Shown: positions 16,345-30,388, numbered from the stretch's first letter. The stretch: 57,481 bases of DNA from Eledone cirrhosa (GCA_964016885.1 CAXHJY010000150.1:1-57481); one strand, 5' to 3'. Program-made: numbers and translations. The notes: generated by a model from the sequence alone, not told the origin.

Positions 16345-16953
16345 GTCAGGTCACCAGTTGGTGCTACTGGTAACATGTATCCCAGTACAACCTGTCTCAT
16401 GGTCGGGTCGTTGGCGACTAAACTGGCAACCCCACCAAGGTTTCTTGGTGAGGAGGGTGACTTTGGACATCCTGCAGGACTAAAAACAAAACCTGTCAAA
16501 GGGCAAAGGAGCTCTTAAGAGTCAATGGCCTTCCAAAATCACCGGGAGAGATGACCCCTTAGCCTTTGTCAAGGCAGAATTCTAGGAGAAGGAAAACTCT
16601 GATATAACACCTGCAACCCTGATGGTATCCAATGATGTTGACTTGTTCTTCTTTTTGGTAAATATCATCTTGGTTAAGAGAGTGGGACTGGCTTTGTGCA
16701 ATGCCTTTGCTCACTATAAAAGCTTCACGGCACAGGCATTGCTTTATATCTGGAGATCTCTCTGCACTTGTTATCACATGGTACCATGGGCCCAGCACTG
16801 TGTGTCAATAATTGTCACAGGTGTAGTGTTTGTACCAGAGTTTTCAAGTCGCTGGCTGGACTCAAAAGTCACACTCGTTCAGCGCATCGGTAGGGGTTCT
16901 CCTACATGGATATAAAGTAGTGGCCGTACTCGAAAACGAGTTGGCAGCCACCA
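16345..16953 (+). mobile_element. RTE-derived element family A, longest form, tandem to the previous copy
   Basis: Period 656 bp from 15689; separated only by a short TATG tail. Confidence 0.85.
16816..16893 (+). pseudogene. C2H2 zinc-finger remnant of an RTE ORF C-terminus
   Basis: Translates [25 protein letters not shown]-stop (C-x2-C-x3-F-x5-L-x2-H-x4-H). Confidence 0.75.
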
Positions 16954-18318
16954 TGTATATATATATATGTATGTATATATATATATATGTATGTATATGT
17001 GTATATATATATGTACGTATATATATATATATATGTATGTGTATATATATGTATGTGTGTGTATATATATGTGTGTATGTATATGTATATATATATATGT
17101 ATGTATATGTATATATATATATGTATGTGTATGTATATGTATGTATGTGTGTGTATATATATGTGTGTATGTATATGTATATATATATATGTATGTATAT
17201 GTATATATATATATGTATGTGTATGTATATATATGTATGTATGTATATGTATATATATATGTGTATGTATATGTATATGTATGTGTGTATGTATATGTAT
17301 ATATATATGTGTGTGTGTATGTATATATATGTATGTATGTATATGTATATATATATATGTGTGTATGTGTATGTGTGTGTATGTATGTATATATATATAT
17401 ATATGTATGTATATGTATGTATATATATATGTATGTATATGTATGTGTATATATGTGTATATGTATGTATATGTATATATATGTATGTATATATATATGT
17501 ATATATGTATGTGTGTGTATATATGTATGTGTAAGTATATGTGTATATATATATGTATGTATATGTGTATATATATATATGTATGTATATGTATATGTAT
17601 ATATATATATTTATGTATATGTATATATATATGTGTGTATGTATATGTATATATATATGTATGTGTGTATATGTATGTATATATATATATTTATGTATAT
17701 GTGTATATATATATATGTATGTATGTGTATATATATATATATATTTATGTATATGTATGTATATGTGTATGTATATGTATATATATGTGTATGTATATGT
17801 ATATGTATATATATATTTATGTATATGTATATGTGTGTATGTATGTGTGTGTATGTATATATGTATATATATGTGTATATGTATGTATATGTATATATGT
17901 ATGTATGTGTATGTATGTATGTATATGTATGTATGTATGTATGTATATATATATATATATGTATGTATATGTATATATATGTATGTATGTGTGTGTATAT
18001 GTGTATGTATGTATATGTATATGTATGTATGTATGTATGTGTATGTATGTATGTATATGTATGTATGTATATGTATATGTATGTATGTATGTATATGTAT
18101 ATATATGTATATGTATATGTATGTATGTGTATGTATGTGTATATATATGTATGTATGTATATGTATATATGTGTATGTGTGTATATGTATGTATGTATAT
18201 GTATATGTATGTATGTATATGTGTATATGTATGTATGTATATGTGTATATGTATATGTGTATATATGTATGTATGTATATGTGTATATATGTATGTATGT
18301 ATATGTGTATATATGTAT
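16954..18318. repeat. (TATG/TG/TA)n microsatellite
   Basis: Direct reading. Confidence 0.97.
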
Positions 18319-18777
18319 GTCAAAAGGCAAAGGAGCTCTTAAGAGTCAATGGCCATCCAAAATCACCGGGAGAGATGACCCCTTAGCCTTTGTCAAGGCA
18401 GAATTCTAGGAGAAGGAAAACTCTGATATAACACCTGCAACCCTGATGGTATCCAATGATGTTGACTTGTTCTTCTTTTTGGTAAATATCATCTTGGTTA
18501 AGAGAGTGGGACTGGCTTTGTGCAGTGCCTTTGCTCACGATAAAAGCTTCACGGCACAGGCATTGCTTTATATCTGGAGATCTCTCTGCATTTGTCGTCA
18601 CATGGTACCATGGGCCCAGCACTATGTGTCAATGATTGTCACAAGTGTAGTGTTTGTACCAGAGCTTTCAAGTCGCTGGCTGGACTAAAAAGTCACACTC
18701 GTTCAGCGCATCAGTAGGGGTTCTCCTACATGGATATAAAGTAGTGGCCGTACTCGAAAACGAGTTGGCAGCCACCA
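18319..18777 (+). mobile_element. RTE-derived element family A, 5'-shortened
   Basis: Starts at internal GTCAAA; same 3' end. Confidence 0.85.
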
Positions 18778-18928
18778 TATATATATGTATATGTATGTAT
18801 ATATATATGTATATATATGTATATGTATATATATATGTATATATATGTGAAAATGTATATAAATGGGTAGGTGTGTATATGTTTGATGTGTGTAGTTGGA
18901 TGTAGGTGTATTCATGTATTGAAGTGCT

Positions 18929-18966
<38 letters not shown>

Positions 18967-19382
18967 TATGTGTATGTATATATATGTATGTGTATGTATG
19001 TGTATATATATGTGTGTATATATATATGTATGTATGTGTGTGTGTGTGTATATATGTATGTATATATATATATGTGTATGTGTGTATATGTGTATGTATG
19101 TATATATGTATGTATGTATATGTATGTGTATATATGTATGTGTGTATGTATATGTATGTATGTGTATATGTATGTATGTATATGTATATGTATGTATGTA
19201 TATATATATATATGTATGTATATGTGTATATATGTATGTATGTGTATATATGTATGTATGTATATATATGTGTATGTATATGTATATATGTGTGTGTGTA
19301 TGTGGGCGCTTTAATGCATGAATGCACTTGCATCTGGCTGTACACATCGGGCATGTATGTATTTACTTATTTATATACATCT

Positions 19383-19792
19383 GGGAGAGATGACCCCTTA
19401 GCCTTTGTCAAGGCAGAATTCTAGGAGAAGGAAAACTCTGATATAACACCTGCAACCCTGATGGTATCCAATGATGTTGACTTGTTCTTCTTTTTGGTAA
19501 ATATTATCTTGGTTAAGAGAGTGGGACTGGCTTTGTGCAGTGCCTTTGCTCACTATAAAAGCTTCACGGCACAGGCATTGCTTTATATCTGGAGATCTCT
19601 CTGCACTTGTCGTCACATGGTACCATTGGCCCAGCACTATGTGTCAATAATTGTCACAGGTATAGTGTTTGTACCAGAGTTTTCAAGTCGCTGGCTGGAC
19701 TAAAAAGTCACACTCGTTCAGCGCATTGGTAGGGGTTCTCCTACATGGATATAAAGTAGTGGCCGTACTCGAAAACGAGTTGGCAGCCACCA
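19383..19792 (+). mobile_element. RTE-derived element family A, 5'-truncated
   Basis: Starts GGGAGAGATGACCCC; same 3' end. Confidence 0.85.
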
Positions 19793-19876
19793 TATGTATA
19801 TATATATATATGTATGTATGTGTGTATATATATGTATGTGTGTATATATATGTATGTATGTATATATATATGTATG

Positions 19877-19919
<43 letters not shown>

Positions 19920-20154
19920 GTATATATGTATGTATGTATGTGTATGTATGTATGTGTATATATATATGTATGTATGTATGTGTATATATATATGTATGTT
20001 TGTATGTGTATATATATATGTATGTATGTATGTGTATATATATATGTATGTATGTATGTGTATATATATATATATGTATGTATGTATGTATGTGTATATA
20101 TATATATATGTATGTATGTATGTGTATATATATATATATGTATGTATGTATGTG

Positions 20155-20187
<33 letters not shown>

Positions 20188-20190
20188 GTG

Positions 20191-20225
<35 letters not shown>

Positions 20226-20255
20226 GTGTATATATATATATATTGTATGTATGTG

Positions 20256-20286
<31 letters not shown>

Positions 20287-20287
20287 G

Positions 20288-20322
<35 letters not shown>

Positions 20323-21236
20323 GTGTATATATATATATATATGTATGTATGTATGTGTATATATATATATATATGTATGTATGTATGTGTATATATATAT
20401 ATATATGTATGTATGTATGTGTATATATATATATATATGTATGTATGTATGTGTATATATATATATGTATGTATGTATGTGTATATATATATATGTATGT
20501 ATGTATGTATGTGTTATATATATATGTATGTATGTATGTGTATATATATATATGTATGTATGTGTATATAGATATATATGCATGTGTATGTGTATATATA
20601 TATATGTATGTGTATATATATATATATATATATGTATGTGTATATATATATATATGTATGTATGTGTATATATATATATATATGTATGTGTATATATATA
20701 TATGTATGTATGTGTATATATATATATATATGTATGTGTATATATATATATGTATGTATGTGTATATATATATATGTATGTATGTGTATATATATATATA
20801 TATGTATGTATGTGTGTATATATATATATATGTATGTATGTGTATATATATATATATATTTATGTATGTGTATATATATATATATATATATTTATGTATG
20901 TGTATATATATATATATATTTATGTATGTGTATATATATATATGTATGTATGTGTATATATATATATATGTATGTATGTGTATATATATATATATGTATG
21001 TATGTGTATATATATATATATGTATGTATGTGTATATATATATATATATGTATGTGTATATATATATATGTATGTATGTGTATATATATATATATGTATG
21101 TGTATATATATATATATGTATGTATGTGTATATATATATATATGTATGTGTGTATATATATATATGTATGTATGTGTATATATATATATATATATGTATG
21201 TATGTGTATATATATATATATATATGTATGTATGTG

Positions 21237-21269
<33 letters not shown>

Positions 21270-21518
21270 GTATATATATATATATATATGTATGTATGTG
21301 TATATATATATATATATGTATGTATGTGTATATATATATATATATGTATGTATGTGTATATATATATATATATGTATGTATGTGTATATATATATATATA
21401 TATGTATGTATGTGTATATATATATATGTATGTATGTGTATATATTTATATATGCATGTATGTGTATATGTATGTATGTGTATATATATATGTGTATATA
21501 TATATATATATACATGTG

Positions 21519-21549
<31 letters not shown>

Positions 21550-22246
21550 ATGTGTGTATATATATATATATATGTATGTATATATGTGTATATATATATA
21601 TATGTATGTATATATGTGTGTATATATATATGTGTATGTATATATATGTGTATATATATATATATATGTATATATGTGTATATATATATATATGTATATA
21701 TGTGTATATATATATATATGTATGTATGTATATATACATATATATATGTATGCATGGGTGTATATATATATATATATGTATATGTATGTATTTGTATATA
21801 TATATGTATATGTATGTATTTGTATATATATATGTATATGTATGTATGTGTATATATATATATCTATATATATGTATATGTATGTATTTGTATATATATA
21901 TATGTATATGTATGTATGTGTATATATATATATCTATATATATGTATATGTATGTATTTGTATATATATATGTATATGTATGTATGTGTATATATATCTA
22001 TATCTATATATATGTATATGTATGTATGTATGTGTATATATATATGTATATGTATGTATGTATGTGTATATATGTATATGTATGTATGTATGTGTATATA
22101 TATATATGTATATGTATGTATGTGTAAATATATATATATGTATATGTATGTGTATATATGTATATGTATATATGTATATGAATGTATGTATCTGTATATG
22201 TATATGCATGTACGTATCTGTATATATATATATATATATATATATA
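19793..22246. repeat. (TATG)2-3-TG-(TA)n higher-order microsatellite
   Basis: Regular units of roughly 20-30 bp to about 21450, then more degenerate. Confidence 0.95.
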
Positions 22247-22360
22247 AAGAATTAGTATATCTACCAACATATATATACAGATGCATACCTATGCTAGCAA
22301 ATATATAGGTTTTGTCTTAGTTACGTAGTGGTTCAATGCAAGGGATTCAGAACAATTATA

Positions 22361-22454
22361 TGAAAGACGTAAACTAAGAAAATGATATAAATCAATTTAC
22401 TTACTAAAATTTTAGTAAGTTAATTTTTATAATTTTCTTATTTTACGCCTTTCA
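22361..22454. repeat. Imperfect 94-bp palindrome (MITE-like) flanked by TA
   Basis: TGAAAGACGTAAA...TTTACGCCTTTCA with perfect centre ACTTACTAAAATTTTAGTAAGT. Confidence 0.75.
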
Positions 22455-22492
22455 TATATATATATATATATATATGTAGATGTATGTATGAA

Positions 22493-22545
<53 letters not shown>

Positions 22546-22604
22546 GTATGTTTGTATATATATATATTTATGTATATATATGTATGTATATATATATATA
22601 TATG

Positions 22605-22787
<183 letters not shown>

Positions 22788-22824
22788 TTATATATATATG
22801 TATATATATATGTATATATATATG

Positions 22825-22857
<33 letters not shown>

Positions 22858-22962
22858 GTATATATATATGTATATATATATGTATATATATATGTATATA
22901 TATATATGTATATATATATGTATATATATATATGTATATATATATATGTATATATATATATG

Positions 22963-23032
<70 letters not shown>

Positions 23033-23037
<5 letters not shown>

Positions 23038-23798
23038 ATACGGAGAAAAAGACGCTTATTAGTCAGAAAAATATTTTTTTTCCTTTTGTCTTTTACTCTT
23101 TTTTCTGGGTTAGAAAATGTTTAAAACAAAATATTTTGCATTGTGTGAAGTGTTAGGGTATTCGTTAATTTATTAATTAATTAAAAATGGCATTTATTTA
23201 TTTATTTATTTATTTATATATTTAATAATTATCGGTTTCAGTATTTTATGCATTATCAAAGGCGGGCAATTTGTATTGATATAAAATGTTGGAAAGACCC
23301 CAGACTACCATTTGCTTCCATTATGGACCAACTAAGCGTTCTTGCTATAATAACACTTTTTGAACTGCTTATCCTCAAGAACTATGCTTGTAAATAATAT
23401 TATTCTTTCTTTCCCATTACCTTATCATGTCCAACATCACCCCCTTTTTTTTCTTTTTTCTTTTTACTTCAAAAACCTTGTTTGTAAATAATATTATTCT
23501 TTCTTTCCATTTCCTTAACGTATTCAACATCAAATTATTTTCTTTCCAACATTTTATACCACTACAAATTCCCCCCTTTCATAATGCATAAAATGCTGAA
23601 ACCGGTAATAGACAATTATTAAATAAATAAATAAATAAATAAATGCCATTGTTAATTAATAAGTAAATTAACTAATACCTTAACACTTCACACAAAGTAA
23701 AATATTTCTTTTTAAACATTCTCTAACCCAGAAAAAAGAGGAAAAATTTAAAAAAAAAATGTTTTCTTCCTAACAATCGTCTTTTCTCTCTATTTACA
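23033..23798. mobile_element. Fold-back/MITE with about 260-bp imperfect terminal inverted repeats inside (TA)n
   Basis: About 23033-23296 is the reverse complement of about 23541-23798; internal direct repeat TTGTAAATAATATTATTCTTTCTTTCC twice; TA tracts on both sides. Confidence 0.8.
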
Positions 23799-23859
23799 TA
23801 TATATATATATATATATTCCAACTCATGTCATCCTTCTCTCCATCTTATAATTATATAT

Positions 23860-24222
23860 ATATACAATATATTAATAAATGGAAACTATATTCATAAATA
23901 TAACGGTTGAAATAAATATAACGAAATAAATATAACGGTTGAAATTCACTATCCAGCGAATTTCAACCGTTGAGGTTGTCTTTTTTCCGGGTAAGTCAAT
24001 ATTTATTTATAAAACAAATCTGTATTTTATCTGATGAAAGCGCACCATAATTTACCTTGGTCGCCCTTGAAATATATATAATAAAATAAATATGGTTTCA
24101 TAAATATAGTTTCCATTTATTAATATATTGTGTATTTACTCCACCCTTTGTTGAGTGCTTTATATCAGTTATAAAAATGTTTAAGCTTGTTGAATCCCAA
24201 CAAATTAAATATAACCTCTGCA
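23860..24222 (+). mobile_element. Hammerhead-bearing Penelope pLTR-like element with partial inverted copy at its 5' side
   Basis: Homologous to 47878-48150 (-); ends TGCA-(TA)n; about 23864-23898 is inverted relative to about 24097-24131. Confidence 0.7.
24023..24088 (+). ncRNA. Type-I hammerhead ribozyme
   Basis: Stem I TATTTTAT/ATAAAATA; CTGATGA 24031-24037; stem II AAG.GC.ACCA/TGGTCGCCCTT; GAAA 24069-24072; palindromic stem III ATATATAT; predicted cleavage after 24080. Confidence 0.8.
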
Positions 24223-24257
24223 TATATATATATGTATGTGTGTATATATATATACAC

Positions 24258-24308
<51 letters not shown>

Positions 24309-25011
24309 ATACATTTATGTATATACGTGTGTATATACATTTATGCATACGTATTTATCTACTTGTGTGAGCTTATATTTGTGTATATGTAGGTACGACT
24401 ATGTTTTCTCTATATATTTGTGTACTAGTTATTATCATATTGTTTGACAATAGATTTATTCACTAAATTTACATACTAACTTTTATATAGGATTTATTTT
24501 GCTATTTAACAGAAACCATAAGAATGCATTACTTAAATATAGAATTCTCTCTATTACCTCATAATATTTTCACCTCACTGATTATCACTTAGTAATACCG
24601 ACCCACCCCACTCAGTCTATTTTCTTTCTGTATACTTAAAGTATTAATGTTGATAATATTGTTGATATGTATATATATAAATATATATATATGTATCTAT
24701 ACGTATGTATATATACGTATGTAATCTGAGTTTTTCGAATTAATAATCATGTTCGATTCGTTTGCAATTATGCAAACACGCCTCTTTTAAGCCATGTCAG
24801 TAGAATGAGCCCCTCATTCTTCCTCTTGTGTTGGCATGTAAACAGAACTGCAGACACTAATGTTTCTGGGTGATTACCTTTCATCAGTGCAGTTTACTGT
24901 TCACCTGCCAACTGTCAAAGTTAGTTAAAATATATGATATTTTCTAAAATATACAGTGACTGATCGACCTCATTTTTATATTAGTAGACTGGCTAGTTAG
25001 TTATATATACG

Positions 25012-25065
<54 letters not shown>

Positions 25066-25353
25066 TATATAATGTGTGTGTGTGTATATTTACCTGTACG
25101 TATGTGTGTGTGTGTGTTGCTGCTTGTTTTTTGTTGGCCAACCAATATGATTCATGTAGATCATAACCAAGGAATATCAAATTATGTCGATAGATTTAAA
25201 TATTATATAGAGACCAATAGTGTCACTAAGAGGAGAAAGAGCCTAAGATAATAGGAGGGCGTTTCGTTATTTTGTATCATGGCATGAAGACGGCTTCAGC
25301 GATATTTTAATGTCCAATTAATTTCCCAATGAAGGGAAGTCATATTTATTATT

Positions 25354-25571
25354 GCGGTGGATTGGGTGTATCGGTAGAGTGTCAGACACCATGCTTTGCA
25401 GCATAGAGTTATGGCCCTTTACGTTCTGAATTCAAATTCCGTCGAGGTAGTTTTGTCAATCATCCTTACGTGGTTGATAAAATAAAGCACCAGTAATGCA
25501 ATGGGTCGATTTAATCGACTTTCCACTCCCCCAAATTTGCTGGCCTTGTGCCTTTACTAGAAATCATTATT
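25354..25571 (+). mobile_element. tRNA-derived SINE family S1, long form
   Basis: GCGGTGGATTGG head, TTCAAATTCC B-box-like, CATCCTTACG..GATAAAATAAAG core, ATT tail. Confidence 0.8.
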
Positions 25572-26148
25572 GTTATTCTTGAGCATAAACCAGCAACATA
25601 TTTGAGTAGTCAAGTATCTACCTGCTCATTATGTAATGACATAACATCTTACTGAAAATATTACGTGGCGTTCTATGTATAAAGACTTATATCTCCATTA
25701 ACCAATCACATCAGATAATGTTTCATAACAGAACCTGGATAAATAATTAATCTATATATCAATAAATTTTAATCGTTCTGCTATGCTATTTCATAAAACG
25801 AATGGTAGAATTTGTATAAGGGGTGGCTTCCTTTAAAAAGTAATATATGAAGATTTAATATATTATTGATTACCTTCATCGTATTATTCAATGTTTCGTG
25901 TGAATTTAGCGTATGCAATATTCCTTTAATATTAGATTTGCCTTCATTTTGTAATTTTGTAATAAGCTATAACTATCTTAATTTGACAAAGTAAACTTCA
26001 ATCAATATGCTACGAATATCAATCAAAATTGTACAAAACTACGATGTAAGTAATCAATGAGAATCTATAGGAATTTAAAATATACTATGGCATAGTCTTT
26101 GTGGGTATTTTCATGTTTCATTTCGACAAGTTTTCTATAATATTTATG

Positions 26149-26370
26149 GAGCAGTGGAGTGGCAGTATTGGTAGAGGGTCGGACGCCATGCGTTTGCAAT
26201 ATAGAGTTAGAGCCCTTTATGATCTGAGTTCATATCCCGCCGAGGTTAACTTTGCTTTTAATCCTTACGGGGTCGATAAACAAAGTACCAGTAATGCACT
26301 GGCGTCGATTTAATCGACTTTCTCCTCCAAAAAGATTGCTGGCCTTGTGCCTATATAAGAAACCAATATT
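26149..26370 (+). mobile_element. SINE S1, long form
   Basis: Homology to 34227-34446 and 50720-50943. Confidence 0.85.
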
Positions 26371-26531
26371 TATGAAAATTATTACTAAAATTAATGTAAA
26401 AATACAAACTATTAGTAGACTGAAAAGTCTATAATTGTTTGAATTCCATCTTGGTTTGCAGCTGCTGCTGAATAGATCCTTTACATAATATTTGTGAAAT
26501 TGCTTTAGTTATCAAGTATAGTAATACAATT

Positions 26532-26890
26532 AGTAAGATCGGAACGTCTGCGGTCCGTCTGAGGAAGGAGCCCCGTGAAATGGGGAGGCTGGTGCAGCGG
26601 GTGTCGCTAACCATTGTCCACAGGAATGCTTTTGTGGTCTTGTTCGCAAGGTGCAGCCCCATTATCGCCGCGCCCTAAGCCCAGAGCCCATCGTCCTCTC
26701 CCTCCCCATTCTTCTGTGACACTAGAGTCCTTGCCTTGCCCTTCATTTTCCGTTTTTCCATTTTCTTATTTAACATTCCATACCTTAAATTGTGTATGAT
26801 CGCTTCGGTCTGATGATAATTAGCAAATTAATTAGTGACACTGTTATTTTATTTCTCTTTGTAACACACGTACCCGCTCTACCGATCCAA
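26532..26890 (+). mobile_element. 3' end of a restriction-like-endonuclease LINE (CRE-like) with pyrimidine-rich 3' UTR
   Basis: 26532-26678 translates SKIGTSAVRLRKEPREMGRLVQRVSLTIVHRNAFVVL..., resembling the DPRE..L.QRISLAI.RGNA C-terminus of CRE-clade elements; locally GC-rich. Confidence 0.6.
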
Positions 26891-27170
26891 ATTAAACTAA
26901 ACGTCACATAGTTTCATACAATGGAGCAGACATATGTGTTTAAAGTTGAAATAAATATATATTTAAGAGATAAAAAATAGAGGGGAACAGGTGAGGGAAG
27001 TGGATGAGAACAAAACAGAGTATATAAGAAAGGTGAGATGAGAATGAGTATCAGAATGCCGAGGAAAAGGGAGTAGGAAGTAAGTCTAGTTGGACAGGGA
27101 TATAACATTGATGTGGCTCATTGGCTTTCACAAAATTCTTTTCGTGTGTAATAAACTATGTACTATATAT

Positions 27171-27385
27171 GTGTCCTTCAGCAAGACACTTTATTTCACG
27201 TTGTTCCAGTGTACCCAGCTGGTAAAAATGATTTGTACCTTAATTCAAAGGGCCAGCCTTGTCACGTTAAGTGTCACGCCGATTCTGTAGAATGCTGAGC
27301 CACTAGCACGTTAATTTCACGACCAAGCTGTTCCGTTGATCGTAGCAACTGGAACACTCGATGTCGTAACTGACGGAGTGCCAGA
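27171..27385 (+). mobile_element. tRNA-derived SINE family S2, headless
   Basis: GTGTCCTTCAGCAAGACACTTTATTTCAC core; homologous to 32092-32400 and 29745-30043 (-). Confidence 0.7.
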
Positions 27386-28509
27386 AAGTACTATATTATC
27401 CATTGTGGTCATATGAGGGAAAGTTAGTTACTATTTCACACAGCTTGAGAGACCACGCAGAAGGTTTCTAAAGCGGAAACCAATGAAAGGCCATGCTAAC
27501 ATGTAATAGTCAATGTGATCAAAAGAAATCTTTGATATATCAACCAAATATCTTTCAAATCAAATCGTAATCTTAAAAATTGTAAAGGAGACATTGGACA
27601 ATATAGTCTTAAATATACTACGTCAAACATATAGGCATGTCTGGATTGTCTTTCTTCGTACATTTACCTAATCAGGGTTTCCAAGGGTTTAAACAATAAC
27701 AGTAGCGGTGATAGCATATTCTGTGGAAACTTAAATATATTCAACGTAATTACTCAACATTTCCCCACATTAATGTTACTACTAATCCTCAAATCAACGG
27801 AATTTGTTTTAAGACTAAATTAGGTTAATTAATTGTCAGTTTCCTTCTGATTATCAAAAGTGAAATCTCTTTTAGAGTATTCTTAAGATACCAATTAGGA
27901 GTTCTTTAAATGAGTTGCAATTTTTATGAGAAGTCATTCTGAGATCATAATCAAATATATTACTGTGAACTTTTAAATCTTTCAATTCTATAATTCAATT
28001 CTCTCTTAAAACGTATTGTAGTAATTAAAGAGAATTGTTATTTTATTAAACTCATTTCCCTAACCATAATTCTATTCTTAAATACTGTTACACCTACACA
28101 CATGCATACATACATATATAGTCACACAGACACAGGCACACACATACACACGTACACATATATATATATATATATACACACAAACATATATAGACTGATA
28201 TATATTTAGAAGTGACAGATATATATTTATATGATGAATTTATATTTGTATATATAGTATATAGGTAACCGAGACTGCGTAAAAAATGTATATGAATTTT
28301 CACATTGAGTATATAGACATGTAGATTGAAAACAATGATAAATATCTTTAAGCGATTTTTGATTTATGTTGGGCTCTGATCAGAAGATATGTACAGTATC
28401 TAAACAACCATAAAGAGCCTGATATACTCTATCACTTATAGTAGAATACTGAAAGGAATTTAATAATTTGTATATTATTAGCGCCTATGCTGGTCATTTA
28501 TTTGATATA

Positions 28510-28723
28510 CACGGTGACCACAAAAACACACCTTGATTTAAAATACTTATAATATAAAAAACTTAAATGAATATTCTTACAATATTTGTGGCTTCAGTTG
28601 CATAAACTAACGAAGTTTCTTGTGGTATTAATTGATATCATAGGCAGTCGATGTGTTCCCCTTTTGTTACTCGGCAAATACCAATGCGATAACCAAGCTT
28701 GGCGTATTTTTGTGACCACGCTG
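28510..28723. mobile_element. Tc1/mariner-type MITE
   Basis: 23-bp imperfect TIRs (17/23 matches) CACGGTGACCACAAAAACACACC / GGCGTATTTTTGTGACCACGCTG with TA on both sides. Confidence 0.55.
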
Positions 28724-28940
28724 TATATTATGCTCTAGCAGCCGATGTATACGATAAATTCATATCTGCATACAAAACTAGTCAACGGAAAATTCACTTA
28801 TAACGAAATCTCATATCATCCCAATTGTCGGTGTTTGTAAATATATACTGTATTTATGTATACATACTTACATATAAATATATATGGACGCGTGCGCACA
28901 CACACGCACGCACGCACGCACGCACGCACGCCCGCCCGCA

Positions 28941-28972
<32 letters not shown>

Positions 28973-29319
28973 CACATACACATACACACACACACACACA
29001 CTATTCCGATATTCTTCGAAATATAAAACACGAAATTCAATGTTTATGTAACATACAAAATACCATTAGCAATATACTATTTCGTGATGTTTTACCATGT
29101 CGAGGGATATTTGTAATACTAATTCCTAAATGGCAAATATGAATTAATTTTGATTTCATTAGATTTGAAATTGATAGCTGTCATTGGTTTTTAAAGAAAA
29201 AGTGTAATTGATTTCATTTCTGTTCCGTCATGCATCAGATAATTCAATTTTTATATCGACACATTAAGATGTACAGGAATTTTGTTTCCATTTGACTGGT
29301 CACACACTAATGAAGTTCT

Positions 29320-29632
29320 TTGTAGTAAAACTAGCCACCGACTTAAGTTAATCTATCATTTTATTAAGCTAAATCTGTGAGGTTATAATTATAATTTACA
29401 AATTAACGGATTTATATTATCGTTTGAATATTGGGGTTGGTAGAGCGTCGGAAAGAATAGTGTGTGGTCGTTGTAGTAAAACTAGCCACCAACTTTAGTT
29501 GATCTAAAGTAAATATCTATCATATTGTTTGGCTAAATCTGTGAAAATATAATTGTAATTTACAAATTATTGGATTCATATGATCGTTTGAATATTGGGG
29601 TTGGTAGAGCATCGGAAAGAATGGTGTGTTGA
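29320..29632 (+). repeat. Diverged tandem duplication of about 150-160 bp
   Basis: TTGTAGTAAAACTAGCCACC at 29320 and 29471; both units end in ATCGTTTGAATATTGGGGTTGGTAGAGC.TCGGAAAGAAT. Confidence 0.85.
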
Positions 29633-29744
29633 TTTGTTCCTACTCTCTAATTTTGATATATATTAAAATGAAATCTCGAAGAGGCCAACGTTTCCTTCCA
29701 TCTTTTGGGGATAAAGTCCCAGTCAATATTATACTGTAGTTGAT

Positions 29745-30043
29745 GGACTTTCGTCGACTGCGACGGCGAGTGTTCCAGCTATTTGTTCAACGAAACGCTG
29801 TAATCGTGAATTTATCGAACCAGCGGTTGGATATTTCTTAGCCATGTGTACCGTTAACGTAGTTTTGAGAGCGTTTCAGCGTGACACTATGTGACAAGGC
29901 TGGCCCCTTGAATTACACATAATATTTCTTTTTGTCAGCTGAATGGATTGGAGCAGCGTCAAATACAATTACTTGCTCAACGATTGAATTCACGACCTTA
30001 GAACCGTGAACCGAACATACAAATCACTAAACCATACGCACAC
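29745..30043 (-). mobile_element. SINE S2, diverged
   Basis: Reverse-complement similarity to 27171-27385. Confidence 0.65.
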
Positions 30044-30069
30044 TACATTCACGCATATATATAATAAAT

Positions 30070-30388
30070 ATAAAAGTCAAGACACCTTCGGTCACGAATG
30101 ATCATAGGTTTTACACCTAGTAAGTTCCTCTCAAAGGCACAAGACCGGATAAGTTGTTTTGTGGAAGAACAGCAGTTGCCCTTGCATATGAGTTTCCCAT
30201 CTCCACACCAAGGAAACGTGAAAGACCGATACAACTTGGCACTAGTGACGTCGCAGCTAATTTTTCCAGCTGAGTGAACTGGAGCAGCATAAAATAAAGT
30301 ACCTTGCCTTAGGACACAACGCACTGCCCGGTCCGGAAATCTAACTCAACCTCACGATTTCGAATTCAATGCCCTAACCATGCGCCTT
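30070..30388 (-). mobile_element. tRNA-headed SINE sharing the S2 core with a different tail
   Basis: Minus strand GGCGCATGGTTAGGGCATT head and GTGCGTTGTGTCCTAAGGCAAGGTACTTTATTTTATGCTGCTCCAGTTCACTCAGCTGG. Confidence 0.6.

Noticed and set aside
9692-19703. Recurrent 79-145 aa ORFs such as MLGPWYHV... and MYQSFQVAG...
   Set aside because: Off-frame or antisense readings of the repeated RTE-derived element; recurrence reflects copy number.
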